Part shown: one piece after another, positions 12,901 through 25,590 of the stretch | How the letters are laid out: the number at the start of each line of letters is the position of its first letter | Numbering within the stretch: the stretch's first letter is position 1 | Assembly: GCA_051294905.1 (NCBI GenBank) | Contig: CM119378.1 | Coordinates: forward strand, 7,192,001 to 7,256,000 | Direction of reading: 5' to 3' | DNA length: 64,000 nucleotides | Source of the DNA: Botryllus schlosseri | Taxonomy: Eukaryota | Program-made: the position numbers and the translations under genes | The notes under the pieces: generated by a model | What the model saw: only the letters and a program-made list of their open reading frames with translations | The model's database searches: none | What the model was told of the DNA's origin: nothing

Positions 12901-15900
12901 TCAAGTAGGCGTTGCCTGTATACTTGCACTTGACTCAAGCGGTTACGATTTAGACTACTACTTCTACTTAACAGTTTTCAATTGTTTATACAAAATTAGG
13001 TCTAGAATACTGCTTTTACTTACTTGGAATTTGCTACCGGTACATGTGCTGGAGTAGAAATTTACGACGTCATTTCTACTTCTACTTCAGAACCAACCAT
13101 GACTGCTTTTATCACGTCTGATCACTGCCTGGATAGCGTCACACACTCAAAAGCTAACACCTCAGTGGTCGGGTGATTGTAATACCGATACATCTTCATT
13201 ATATTAATAATCGCTGTTAACATTTTATCAGATACGTACTACAGTAGAATATGTCAGATTCAAAATGAAAGGCTTGTGATCTCATAAACATAAGGAGTAT
13301 GAACCTCCAGTGTCACCCCCGTTTCATTCATTGCGACTTTGCTGTCTGTGATGACATCACCCGATTCCCAATTAACTCGCCGTCTAACTGCAGCTGAATT
13401 GGCGATGTTGTCCGCAAAGGTCTGAGCCGCAGAGTCATTCACCTATAGAAACCACAATAATTTGACGAAACCACTACTTACGGCGCAATAAACTGTTGAT
13501 ATAGGGTGATAGAATTGAAAAGTCAAGAACAGCAAGTCGGAATAGCTGCGTATAGACGAAAGGGATATACTGTATAGTGCAGTGGTTCTCAACCTTTTTT
13601 AGACACGCCGCCCTTTATGATAGTGAAAAATTTCGCGCCCCCTTCCCTTATCGTCATATCACAAAATCCAACCGGGATGCTAGCAACCCCAACATATTGT
13701 TTGATGGCATTAAAAGTTATGACTGTTGATAAGATAATTCAAAAATATGAAATTCGGTCTAGAGAAACACATGTGAATTGGAGGTAAATCGGGCAAAGCA
13801 CGAAAAAAATTTCCAATTGACCGCTTCTTCGCGCCCCCCTTCAGATGCTTTCACGTCCCCCCAAGGGGGGCGCCCCCCCCCGGTTGAGAACCACTGGTAG
13901 TGTATAGAAAAGTATTGATGGACTCGATTGTTACTGCACGCCCGCTCCATTACAAACCTGAAGTGAAAGTGGTACAATGCCGCAAGCTTCTGCGCTATAA
14001 CCGATAATACCTTTTTTTGGTATAATTATAGGATTATTTTATCCAACTCCTATATATTATGGGTGACTCCGCATTTTAGTGATATTGAGTCTCCCTGTGG
14101 ATACCGATTAATGTCAGTTTAACGATTAAAAACATCGTTATTGTAGTACTTGCATAATTATTACCAGTACCTTCTGTATTTCATGGTTAACGAAATATAC
14201 AACTATCACTGGATTTGTTGTTGTAATAAAAAAGAATAACTTTTCTGCGTACCCTACAGTCCAGATTATTGCAAAAACATAGGAACATATATCGCTTACC
14301 TCTACTGATGGTATTTGCACGATCGAACCGGCAGATACGCCGGGTAACTCTTCAAGAGCTCCTCCGCGGCTTTGCTGTTGAGGCCTCAAGGGCGGCGTCC
14401 CGGGGATATTGGACGCGACCGGTGGAAACAGTGAGTGTGAAGTCATTAGGGGAGGTGTTGCCTCGGGCATGATGGACTAAAATGTCGACACGGTGCTTAA
14501 CAAATTAAAGAACAGCGAAATACGATGGAATGTACACTAACGTTTTTGTTGGATTCGCGTTGATGCTCTGCCATACTGATACCGACATCGTGGCTTTGAA
14601 TCTCGCCTTCTGATGCCCTTACTGCGTGCTGATTGGACTTCGGTATCTGGGATACGATGATGCCATCTTTGCCTTCTTTTATACCAGGAAGGGAGGACGC
14701 GCGTGACTCAACAATCTGGTGAGACATTGAACAGTCAGTGCAGTGACGAATAAAGCAATTTGAACCGAAGAGAATGTAACGGCCAGGAATAGGACGATAT
14801 GTCTAGGACAGTTAATATATGAAATTTATGTGGCGTCGCAACGTCAACAGCGTAATGCAGTGGTCAAGGTGTTCAGACTCTCAATATTCCCTCCCCTTAA
14901 ATCAAGATATACTTGAGTGATCCCACTAGTTAATTCCTGGAAAGCATATGCGTAGAGGTGGTCACTGGTCAGTGAAGAAGTAGCCTACTTCTGCTTGTTC
15001 GGAGTAATTAAATACGTCTTGCCTATTTGCACTATGTACACTACTTAATCTTTTTAACCTCCTTAAATTTTTAATTTCACAAAGTCGTAAGTTTCTTTGG
15101 GGTATCTTTGCACAACTTTTATGCGCGGAATTGTCATATAACAACTCGGTTGAATAGCCCCATTCTCGCGGTAACTGAATTATTTTCGAAAATTGCACCA
15201 ACTTGTAGTGCCATGATGTGTCATTTTGCGGTATTCATAAGATGCATTTCGAAATTTCGCAAGTAGAAACCAAAAATTAACTTCCAAAAGTATGCGACGA
15301 CTCGACCAAATCTACTTCTGGAACTACCGCCTTGAATACTTTTCATACCTTCATTTTATACTTCCTCTTGAAGTTATTTTGACGTATCTTGTAAATCGCT
15401 CCTTCTATCTGTACTCGAGTAGGGATTTATGACGTTACTTCTAACGATTACCACAAACCACATCAGCGTGTACAACATTTTCGTACACTGCATGGCTTTT
15501 TATAGCATCATGTCCAATTGCTCATTTAATGTAGGCTACGCCTACAGAAAATACCATGCTGTAACTTTGTGTTGATTAGATGCAGGATGATATTTGGTGC
15601 CATGTGCATATAGGCCTACCTTATAAGCCTACTTCACATTCAGCGGTTTTTGAACCTGTCTGCTGCTAAATATTTGGACTACATACACCAACCTTGACAT
15701 TTTGCTGCGACGGGGTTGTCCGTAGATTTGTATTAGCTGCATAAAACCACCAGGCTCTAATTGCTCGCTTTCTCTGTTCCAGAAAATTTACGACAGAGCC
15801 GCTATTCATCACAACTCCATTGGATGCGATGACACCGTGCTGTTCTTTTCGATGACGGTTTCTGAAAAACAAAGGAATGATCTGCGATGTGTTTGTACTA

Positions 15901-16311
15901 AAGAGCGTGTAATTCCCACAAGTATATAGTGCATCGTCCATCCATCAATTTATACGTCAAAATGCATTATGCTTTGATTCTTCACGCATAGGCTACAACG
16001 GATTTAGTTCATAACAAAAAGCACATACAAATTTCATTCAGTATTCCTTGTAGCAATTGGGATTACAGCATTTACCTATCATTTTCTGATAAAAGCTCGT
16101 CTATTTCTTTCGGTGGCATTCCTAAATAAGATAGAAGCGTGCGAATATCCTTTCTCCGTAGATGTAGGGATACATCGTACAAAAACTCATCGACGTCCAG
16201 CGTTTCTAAATAGGGTTAGAACCTCGCGATATCTCGGTAAGAAACGATGTCGAATCTGTTTTTCATCTCACCATTATCGAACATCAGCGGACGAGTTTGT
16301 GTCGAAGTCAT
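6913..16311 (-). CDS. Uncharacterised multi-exon gene: N-terminal death domain + DEDD-C/TRADD-N-like domain + unrecognised C-terminal region (about 978 aa modelled; both ends unresolved)
   Basis: Phase-consistent GT-AG exons (minus): 16311-16272, 16205-16076, 15861-15693, 14715-14542, 14476-14300, 13442-13305, 12113-12011, 11942-11787, 11243-11100, 10372-10201, 10137-9978, 9654-9471, 9424-9294, 9138-9016, 8956-8778, 8712-8526, 8463-8302, 7757-7523, 7125-7051, 7007-6913. Death-domain-like FLYDVSLHLRRKDIRTLLSYLGMPPKEIDELLSEN...FLEQRKRAIRAWW...DLLRKLWRCLQSCGLSRVVDELQ. DEDD-C-like VEQLWLWYQSGQLRESMQAGLVSKRVRHSCSVDLLQLRVYIAEEEYRRALGLL. The donors at 11100 and 8526 are weak. Possible extra 5' exons are 17508-17460 and 16401-16371, and a possible extra 3' exon is 6351-6310. 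Confidence 0.6.
13580..13896. mobile_element. hAT-like MITE in an intron of the death-domain gene
   Basis: TIR CAGTGGTTCTCAACC / GGTTGAGAACCACTG. TSD not clean. Related copies near 2360-2661 and 52480. Confidence 0.8.
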
Positions 16312-17562
16312 TATTATCAGAACTCTGCTGTAATTAATAATTGTGGTACAGCACAGGTCGTTTGGTTTACATCGCTCGGCTTCGTGAATCTAACATGTAG
16401 CCTGGAACAAAAACCATATTGGCTTTATGTCTCAACTTCGTATTCATGATCCATATTCGATCATTCCAGCTATTTATTTTTTCCCGACACCTTATGTGAT
16501 TTAATATTTGCTAATATCTATCTAAAGAGGTTCCACTAGCTGTATAAGAGAATCCATCGATCTCAATACGTCCCGAAACGCCGCGGCAAATTCCCTCGCT
16601 TGTGTATCCTTGATATCAAATTCCGTGACACGGGTTATTGAAAGGCTTCGCTTAACGTGTAATCTTTTGGGTCATTGTGATTTTATGTTTACATGAAAAC
16701 TGGCAACATGGCTCGATCTCCGAATGAGTATTTAAAATTTAGGTGTCGATTCCATTTACAATCAAGCCTTCTGTATCATTGGTGCGCTGCTATCTGCACT
16801 GTGCTGTCCTTGAGATATGTTACCTTGCCAATCCTTCAATTAAGTGAAACCCACTGAGTTTCATGAAGTAACCGTAAATGTAATCGAAATAGTTTTAGGA
16901 TCAATATGATAGGACCCATGTGTTATGTGTGATTAACGAATACCGAACCAAATATCAGTAGATATCGCATAAGGTCATTTCAATACTCATTATCTTACAA
17001 CAACGCGCTGGATAATGTTGAGAATATTTTGAGAATCGTCGGAATATTAATTCCAAGACTATTACTCAAATTATTCTACGCAACATACACATTTCAGGTT
17101 TAGAAACTCAAGATGATCGATTTAAAAAGCAGGTGCTGATGTATGATGTTGGTATGAAATCGGATCGCTTAGTAGGGCGGGGCGTTGCTTATGTTCGGAG
17201 CCGGGGCGATTCAACAATACGCGAACCTATAACCTTCATACTTTGATCAGGAAGGCTACCGCAATTCGTGATGGCTTGGTCGTTCGCATGCTGTAAGCTT
17301 GTGGGTTTCCCACAGAACACCCTCTGGGCCTTTATTAACGCTTCCTGGTTTCAACCGATCGTGCACATACTTTGGATATTTACACTTCCGTACTATATAC
17401 CCCACATTCCTTCAAATAATCCGGTCACATTTTGTCGGTAAAATATCCGCTGCTCTTACCAGAAAATAGCCGTATGGCATTTACCAAATGTGAAGTCAAA
17501 TCGTGCATGCTGCTTGAACCAGCCGCCGTAATGGCGTATATTGCATAACCAATAACCATACT

Positions 17563-19999
17563 CATAGGCGCCGACTTTTATTTTTTTACGAGGTGGCGAA
17601 GTCTTGTGACGTCATAATTGTTCCCTATCGATGACGTCATCGTCGCACGAAAACGCACTTTACTGCATGCCGCTGGCCTACGTGCAGAGTTAAACCATTC
17701 GCGTGACGTTTTAATATCGGCCCTGCACTCATTAATATCAAACCATGCAGTCGAGTTATTAAATAGAATCTTAAAACGGTACGATCATTTGAAGTGTAAC
17801 TGCGGCCTGCGCTACCAGGCCGTCCGACGGAATCTGCAGTTGCATCAATGTTATTCACGCGCAATGCCCAATGTGACTAACGAAATGCACTACGCCTTGC
17901 AAGTAACACACGACAACTCTCGAATACTTCAAGCAGACAATAATGATGATTACAAATGCGAAATCGCGCAGCCAATCAGTAATTGTCCTTTGCGGTTTCT
18001 TGCTTGGCGTTGACGGACTCGCATCGCCGCAATTGTTTGATGATTAAAATATTGATGCAGTTCTCGATTTAAGTTCGCGAAGCATTTCGGTAGTATATCG
18101 GTCAATTCGTAAATTTAATCTGCATGTCGACGGCCGCCAACGCATACTAATTGAATCACGTGTTGACGGCCGCACAAATTTCGTTCCACGGCCGCGGGTT
18201 CGCCACCCTTGGGCTAGAATTAATTTCACTTTCGGACGCATGCCGCGATCATACCAATAGAAATCCACTGTCTATCTTATGCGTAATAGTTTAATATTCG
18301 ATAATGTTGTTCTCGATACGAGTACATCCAGCAATCAAGTTTATCGGAACGTAGAAGGTTCCCTGTTCAAACGAATTGAATAAAATCAGAATTTGTGCCA
18401 CCCATAATCTTGTGATGCATCACGTTAATAATGAAAGGAAGACTGAAAAATGTCTTTGTGCGACAATTTCGGAGTACGAATGTATCAAGTATATAACAAA
18501 AAATATGGATGATGGCAAATGAGAAAGCGTAAAATCTAATCAGTATCGCCACGAATCGGTTTTGAGTGTGACACCGTATTGAGTAGCTTTCGTCGCGACA
18601 ATTGCTTTCACATTATATCGGTGTTTAAGCTGTATTGCTGCATTTCCCGATTAATGTCACTGGCAAAGCCTTGTTAGAGAAACGATTCTGGGCAGAAATG
18701 AATTCCAATTTGCAGGCACACACCAACACACCCTCCAATTTCGCGCTCCGATTACCTATCACGAAGCTAGCTAGCCCATGAATGGTTTTGTAAACGAATA
18801 TGGGTGCACATAATTTAGATTTCAGAAAAGCAGAACATAGAGGAGATCTAGGATGGTGCTTCTCAGCACACGCTAGGCGCGTAGCCAGTCGAAAAATTAG
18901 GGCGATTTGGATTTTTTCAAATTTACCAATATAGCATCAATTTAATTAGGGTCAAGTACAATGTGTAAATGGCGATCATATAATCTCTTCGAATCAACGA
19001 TTTTAGGCGTATGATAAGCTTGCCAAAGAGTCCTGGAGTGCTGTCAATTAGCGAGTCACTGATCTCTGGTGAACAATTAAATACGCGCGCAAATCAAAAT
19101 GTCCGAACTTCATTGCACCGATTGCAAACCTTTGTCGTATTTCAGAACTCGAGACATGCTACACATCTTCTGGTCGTTACGTTCAAGTATTAGCGGGAAT
19201 CAATTTCGCACGTTAAAGTCTGTTTGCAGCGATTTGATGTCATTCAGTTTCGCGATGTCGCTTTTTAATCAATATGACATAAAAAAACGATCACTAGCGT
19301 AAACTCGACCGCATTGTCTCGAAACGAGCGAGAGATAGGAGCCAAAGCACGCTAGGGCCGAGACGCGATAGTTAGGCCATAGGCCAGCAATGATATCTTT
19401 CACTCCAGGCCTATTGCAGATGCTATTGTGTAGGCTAGCGATGATATCGTGCACACCAGGCCGAAGCCACCAATGCAGATTCGATTGCGCAGTTAAGCGA
19501 CGATATAGTGTGAACTGGGCCTATTGCAGATGCGATTGTTGACGCCTGGGGAACCAGGTTTGATCGAGACGCGATAAATCATGGTAGCGACGACTGCCAC
19601 GCGCACGGAAATGAATCACCTAATTTCGCGGCCATCTCAGCGGGAGATCGTCACTAATTGACAACACGGTTCTCGCAAATCCGCCGCGCGGAACATTCAT
19701 TACACAATTATTGAATTGCAACTGAATATTAGAGTTAGAATGATCATTTCAAAATGACGGGGTTTCGCGTTTCAAATAGAAGTTCGACCCCCAAAACCCC
19801 CGTGGCTACGCGCCTGGCACACGCGCGTATCGAAATCGAAGACGTCTCTAACGAGGTCGCATCGATTCGCCTTATTACTAATTACTGGTCACAAATGACT
19901 TGGGCGTTTGAGCATTTTATATACGAGGTGGCCGCCACCTCGTAAATATGGTCACGAGGTGGCTGCGCCACCTCGTAACCTCGTAAGTCGGCGCCTATG
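17563..19999. mobile_element. Composite non-autonomous hAT-type element, 2437 bp
   Basis: TIR CATAGGCGCCGACTT / AAGTCGGCGCCTATG with subterminal ACGAGGTGGC repeats at both ends. 8-bp TSD ACCATACT / ACCACACT (7/8). No transposase ORF recognised. Confidence 0.8.
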
Positions 20000-22197
20000 A
20001 CCACACTATACCAGTCTCCCCGAGTAGGCTCTGTGGTGGTGTGCAATGGGTCACTGTAATAGTTATTGTACATCGCAATTCGTACCATGAAATTATTTGT
20101 ACCGTACTAATACGGCATTTTAAAATATCGTAACGGTACCGTAAAATTATCGTAGCGTAATTTCATACTTTTACTATACCATCCAATACATAATTGGATT
20201 GAACGAGCACATTGGCCCGTGTAGTAGCAAGGCGGCATGAAATTTCGAATGGATATTTCTTATTATATATATTACTGCAATACAATGATGATCGATACTG
20301 CCAAATCCTGAACAAGAAGAAAGGTGCGATACGTACGGTACGGTGAATTGAAAACCAATTCTGCTTAGTTTAATGCAAGGTGTCACGTTTGATTGCGTTT
20401 CCATGGGATAAGGAAAATATTTGATTCATGAATGCGTAATTGCGTAACCTTGAAATTTGGATGGAATTCATGCTGTGCAATGGCCATATCCTATTTATAC
20501 AGCAACTGTCAGCACAAAACCAGCTCAAGATAATCTAAAGACATGTGTTGCCAACGGATGTACCGAATGAAACCGCAAGTGATCTAACATGATAAATTAT
20601 GCACCAAGCTTTTACTTACCATCCTATTACTTGAGGTTATATTTATGCGTTGTTCAATGAATTATGGCAGGTCGGTCTTAGTATCGTCCGTGGGGAGATG
20701 GTGATATTTACGGGGTAACGATATTCGTACGTTACGGGGTATACTATACGTTTTTTAAAGGGATATGTTTATCGTAATTTCCTGCACAGGTCGGAGGGAA
20801 TTCGGTATTTTGCTTGCAAACTTCCGATATATTGCATATTCCAGATATTGCAAACGGATCATAGTTAGGCCTACCTTTTATATGCAGTCTGGAATCCATA
20901 TCGCTCATAAACTATATTTAAAAATTACAAATTCACATACCGAAAACTATTTCCGTACACTCCTATATATTGCGCCTGTACTTCTTCGAAATTGGAAGGC
21001 GCGTGTTAGGAAATTATGTCATGAAATGGAAACACGATCACGTGAACGTGACAATTAGATTTGTGGGGTCGCGTTGACGAAACAGATCTCCGGAGTAATG
21101 CTCTTCACGTTTATTATCCCTTTGAGGCTGGAGAAAGAGTAAATTCTCAGTTACGTAAGATACGGAAGACGAAAATCGAGACAGAATATATTTGCAGATT
21201 ATATTAACTTGTTTATAAATGATACAAACCGGAGAGAACCGGGAGAACATTGCTGTCTACTTGAAAAAAATCCCAATAAAGATGTCGAAACTGTGGGATG
21301 CCAATGCTTCATAATATTTGATGTATATAAATCTATTCACTGCACAACTCGTACAGTGCACATACAATCCGGGGAGCACCCTGCTCCATGTGGAAAATGG
21401 CGAGAAGTAAAATCTTGAAATTACATGTACCGATGTAGAGATTATATTGTAGAATTGTGGTAAATGTTGAACAAGAGCTGCAACTAGGGTCCGGAAGTTA
21501 TGGCGCATTTAATGATGGCGCATAGCTCTCAGAGATATTGAAGTTGGTAATGTTATCATGAATGAAAATCAATTGCAATATTATGATTAGTCAAGAGAAA
21601 TATATATTCGTGGTGTTTGTTGTTCGCGATTCTACCGCCATCGTGTCCGGTGAACGGATACATAAAATATTATTTTTCCGTGAAAAGTGATTATTGATCT
21701 ATGATCATGACCCGTTTGAATCTATATGTACGAAATACAACGTTTAAACATCGATTGAAAAGCTATGTATTCTCAAGTCCCGCTATAGCGCCTAGTCATA
21801 AGATTATATGGCCTAGCCTACTTCCAATAGCTAAATCATTCGGAGATGATACCGCGACCACAACCACGGATTCGTGCATCGCAAGAAAAAATAGAGAGAA
21901 CGACGGTATTCGGCACCATGATTGACAGTCGTCAGCAATAAAATCAACTAGCTTTCGGGGATCTCACAAAACGTAGCATCGACCGTAGAAGCGCTTGAAG
22001 CGCCAAGTCGAAAAGATCGAATCGGATTAGATTTTGAATAGTAGATACATTACTTGCGAGGACTATACAGGATACGAACGTGTCGCAATGCAAACAAATT
22101 CGATGTTTTCATATTCGTCCTGTTGATGAAATTGATGGAATATATAAATCCTGTTACCAGCCTAGATTGTAGAACCACCACTGCATCTACTGCTGTC

Positions 22198-25100
22198 ATG
22201 TGGATTAAAATAGCCTTTGTTCTTTGCTACTTTTTCATGTCATTCAATGGTTGTTCGTCAGCATCTAGGTAAGTTTTTTATTTATATTTTGCAACGCCTG
22301 GTAATATAATAGTAGTTTGATGACGGCTGCAAAAATATTTGGACTCAGTCTATGTGTAGGTGCATAATATAACCTCTTTAGACGGACTCCCTGGCGAAGG
22401 TGCAATGTGGACGTTGTGCGTTGTACAAGGGCGTAATCACAGGCGTAATCCGACGTTTAGAACCGCACTCGCAACAATATTTGAATTTTGGACATTGTGA
22501 CGCCACTACGAAGTTTTTTTCGCGGCGGAAAAATCATTTGCACTCCAAGGTTTTCATAGCTAGACCTAATATGCTCTCAAGAGTCATTGGTACCCCGTTA
22601 TAGTGGTTATACGATGTATTCTTCAGCGGCGAGAGCAACTACGATCTTTTTTATTATTATTATTTATTAATAAAATCATGTTATGGTGAATACAACAGCG
22701 TTGGTCTTTTACACCACAAACCAATATATTTCATCAATAACACAAGCTATAATTTGAAAATTGAGTATAAAACATTCACAGCAGTAGGCCTAAGTTAATT
22801 GTCAATAATTACAATGGTGAACACAATTTTTGTTGACTTTGATCAGACAATTGATTTTGACTAACTTTCGGTCGCTATGAATTGAAATTAGACTTCCGTT
22901 TTTCTCTATCACGTCAAGTTTTTGGGTTAGGCATCCACCACATTGTCTCATAATCCACATAAAAGTAGTACTACTTCTAATATGTTGTGTTTATTAAACG
23001 TTTCAAAAACCCCAAGCAGCGGAAAATAGATCAATAGACTTCAAATAAACATTCGCACTGCTTTACTTAGTCGATTTAAACGGACATTGCTTCTGCGGTA
23101 CAAATAAAGTGCGAGATTCAGGGTCCAAATTTACACTAATAACTCATAAGTCCGTCGGTTGTCTCGTTTGATACCCGAGAAATAGTCAGCTAACATATGA
23201 TATGTAAACTCCAATCTACTCTGGTATCTTATCCCCATCATCTTCAGATATTGAGGACACTTTCTCCTTGCCCATCGCTGACTATGCCAAGGTTTTCCAG
23301 GAAATTATTTAGATATTTTAGCTTTTCTGAATGTCTGCTATCCGACATAAACATAGGGCAGTGGCACATGTGTATCAGGGTTACATGTGTATCCTTATTG
23401 TCTGACCACTAAGAAAACACAATATTCGAAAGCTGACACATATGATCCAATCGTGCTTGTGATATTGCAACATTTCAATGTTTCTGTATTATTCTCAATA
23501 TTTTATTTTTTATTCAAGTAGACTAACTGAGTGTGCAATTGTTACTGGACCTAAGACGTTGCCATTTTGACGAATGCCGCACTTTTTAGGATCTTTTCTG
23601 AGCTACCAATAGACATGTGTCCTTCCCTTGTGTTGTAAATCGGGATTCCTAACTCCTCCAGCAACCCATGGTAACAGTATCATGCCAATGCCAGTATCAG
23701 GGCAATAGACAAAGCAACCGAAAGTAGCCCTACGATAATAACGCCGTTTCTTATGATCGAAAGTGTGATATCTTCTCTCTCTTGACAAATAATATTTTCT
23801 CAATTCTCAAGGATGCTAAAAGTTTCGAATATTTTTCTTCCAAGTCCCAAAGCCTATGTCAGATCATTTAACTTAAGCTGATGGACTGCTCTACGTTCTG
23901 AATCATCTTCGATTACAAAATTTTCATCATTAGGCCTGCTATCCCTAAAATCTTCATCTTGATCCAAATTATACTGCGTATAGGAGTTTCAAGTTACACT
24001 TGATAAGCCGAATGGGATATTGGTACTACATAGCTGATAGCAAATCGTCGCAGTGGAATCAAAGTAGCTTATATCCAGTTTTCAAATTTTGAAGGTCCAT
24101 TTTTAAAACTTGAAAAAAATCAACTTTTCGAAAATCTTGAATTTTTTCGGTGACATATTGGCCATATTTGTGTATGTCTCGGTTTTTCAAAGTTAACCGG
24201 ACCTAATATATAGCTGAAAGAAGATGAAAACTTCACGTAAAGTTACTTTTCTCAAAATGTTTAAAATGGACATAAGCGATTCAACTGCGACGAAATGTAA
24301 TGATTATTTTTCTTGCCATATCCTGCAGTTTGCATCCAATATGTGTATGAAATATCCTGGGATGAATGCATCCTTTAACGTCTAACCAAAAGTGGGTGAA
24401 TGATCGATACCAGCACCTTTTTTCTTAAGAATTCAATTGACCCCTTGGCTACATAACATATTATATGATGAAAGTGAGGATATCTGCATGGTATGGAAAA
24501 AGTAATGTGGCTACATTCGTGAAAAATTGCATATTTTGGGCATATGTCGTATAGAGCAATAACTTGACGAGATAGAAGAAAACCAGCGGCATTTTTGAAA
24601 TAAGCACACCAAATTTAGCCAGAAACAAGTGCAAAATCAAAGTCAACAAATTTTTCGCTCAAAATTGTTTCCCAGTGTTATATGCGTCGTCCTGATGAAG
24701 TTACAAAATCGATAACGTGTATTAAGATATAGGGGTCAGTTAGTAAGTTTTCCAAGTTGAATGGGATTCTCTGTCGCTGTGCATTATGCATTGGTTTTCA
24801 GTATCCGTCGGCTACTGCGATCTGCGTTTGGATCCTGTCCAGATAAGCACTATGCCCCAGAAAGTTGTTCCGTGTTGCACAAACTACAGATTGCTATATT
24901 TTACCACCTAACGCTTGACTAGTGATTACTACTTTGATTTCTCAAGTATAAAAAGCACACTTCATGTGTAGTGAAATAGCGTGTGGCCCGGCTAAATGTG
25001 AGACATGACTTTCAGGGTTGGACTACCTACAAGAGCAATCAGCACATATAGGCTCTTCAATCGCCAACACCTACACCTGAGCAACAGTAGGGTATAATTC

Positions 25101-25590
25101 GAAACATGACTGCCTATGTGGTCTTTGGAATGTTGGTACGGGATCATCAAAGCAAACACAGCGCATTTGAACATAAAATTATTCGATTGTCAGCGCTTTC
25201 CAAAGTATTTAGCGGCTAATTTAGATAGTGTGTTGATATTTGAATGAGCTATCATTGCCTCTTCTGGACAGTTCATAAATAAGTAATTTTAATGTGACGA
25301 CGCACGAGGTAGCGGTTTTGTTTTGGAAACTACTCTTCAATTCAGCAAATGAATGAGAATTGCTTATAGATTGCGAAAATGCGTTCATCGAGCTCCTCCA
25401 AAATTTACCAACCACGTTGTTGTTGTTCCTTTTACACAGGCATCGAGAATTCGGTTCGTATGATTCAAACACACCGCCGCCTACGATAACTGACAAAGAG
25501 TATGCAGATTATATTGGGACTGGATACGGGAGTGTTGCGTCGCGTGAAAGGTTCGATCATTTTCAAGAATTGCTCACCGGAAGAAATTAA
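22198..25590 (+). CDS. Putative two-exon secreted peptide precursor, 73 aa
   Basis: Exon 22198-22268 encodes a signal-peptide-like MWIKIAFVLCYFFMSFNGCSSAS and ends at a consensus donor (AG|GTAAGT, phase 2). Exon 25440-25590 has a pyrimidine-rich acceptor (phase 2), a stop, and AATAAA at 25731. No homology recognised, and intermediate exons cannot be excluded. Confidence 0.4.

Noticed and set aside
17618-18013. 131-aa plus-strand ORF
   Set aside because: Lies inside the non-autonomous element 17563-19999, with no transposase or other motif.
23603-23803. Minus-strand TM-like frame ...VIIVGLLSVALSIALILALA*YCYHG... with an internal TGA (readthrough or pseudogene idea)
   Set aside because: Single short AT-rich stretch with no start, no clear acceptor and no partner exons. 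Hydrophobic runs are expected by chance in such sequence.
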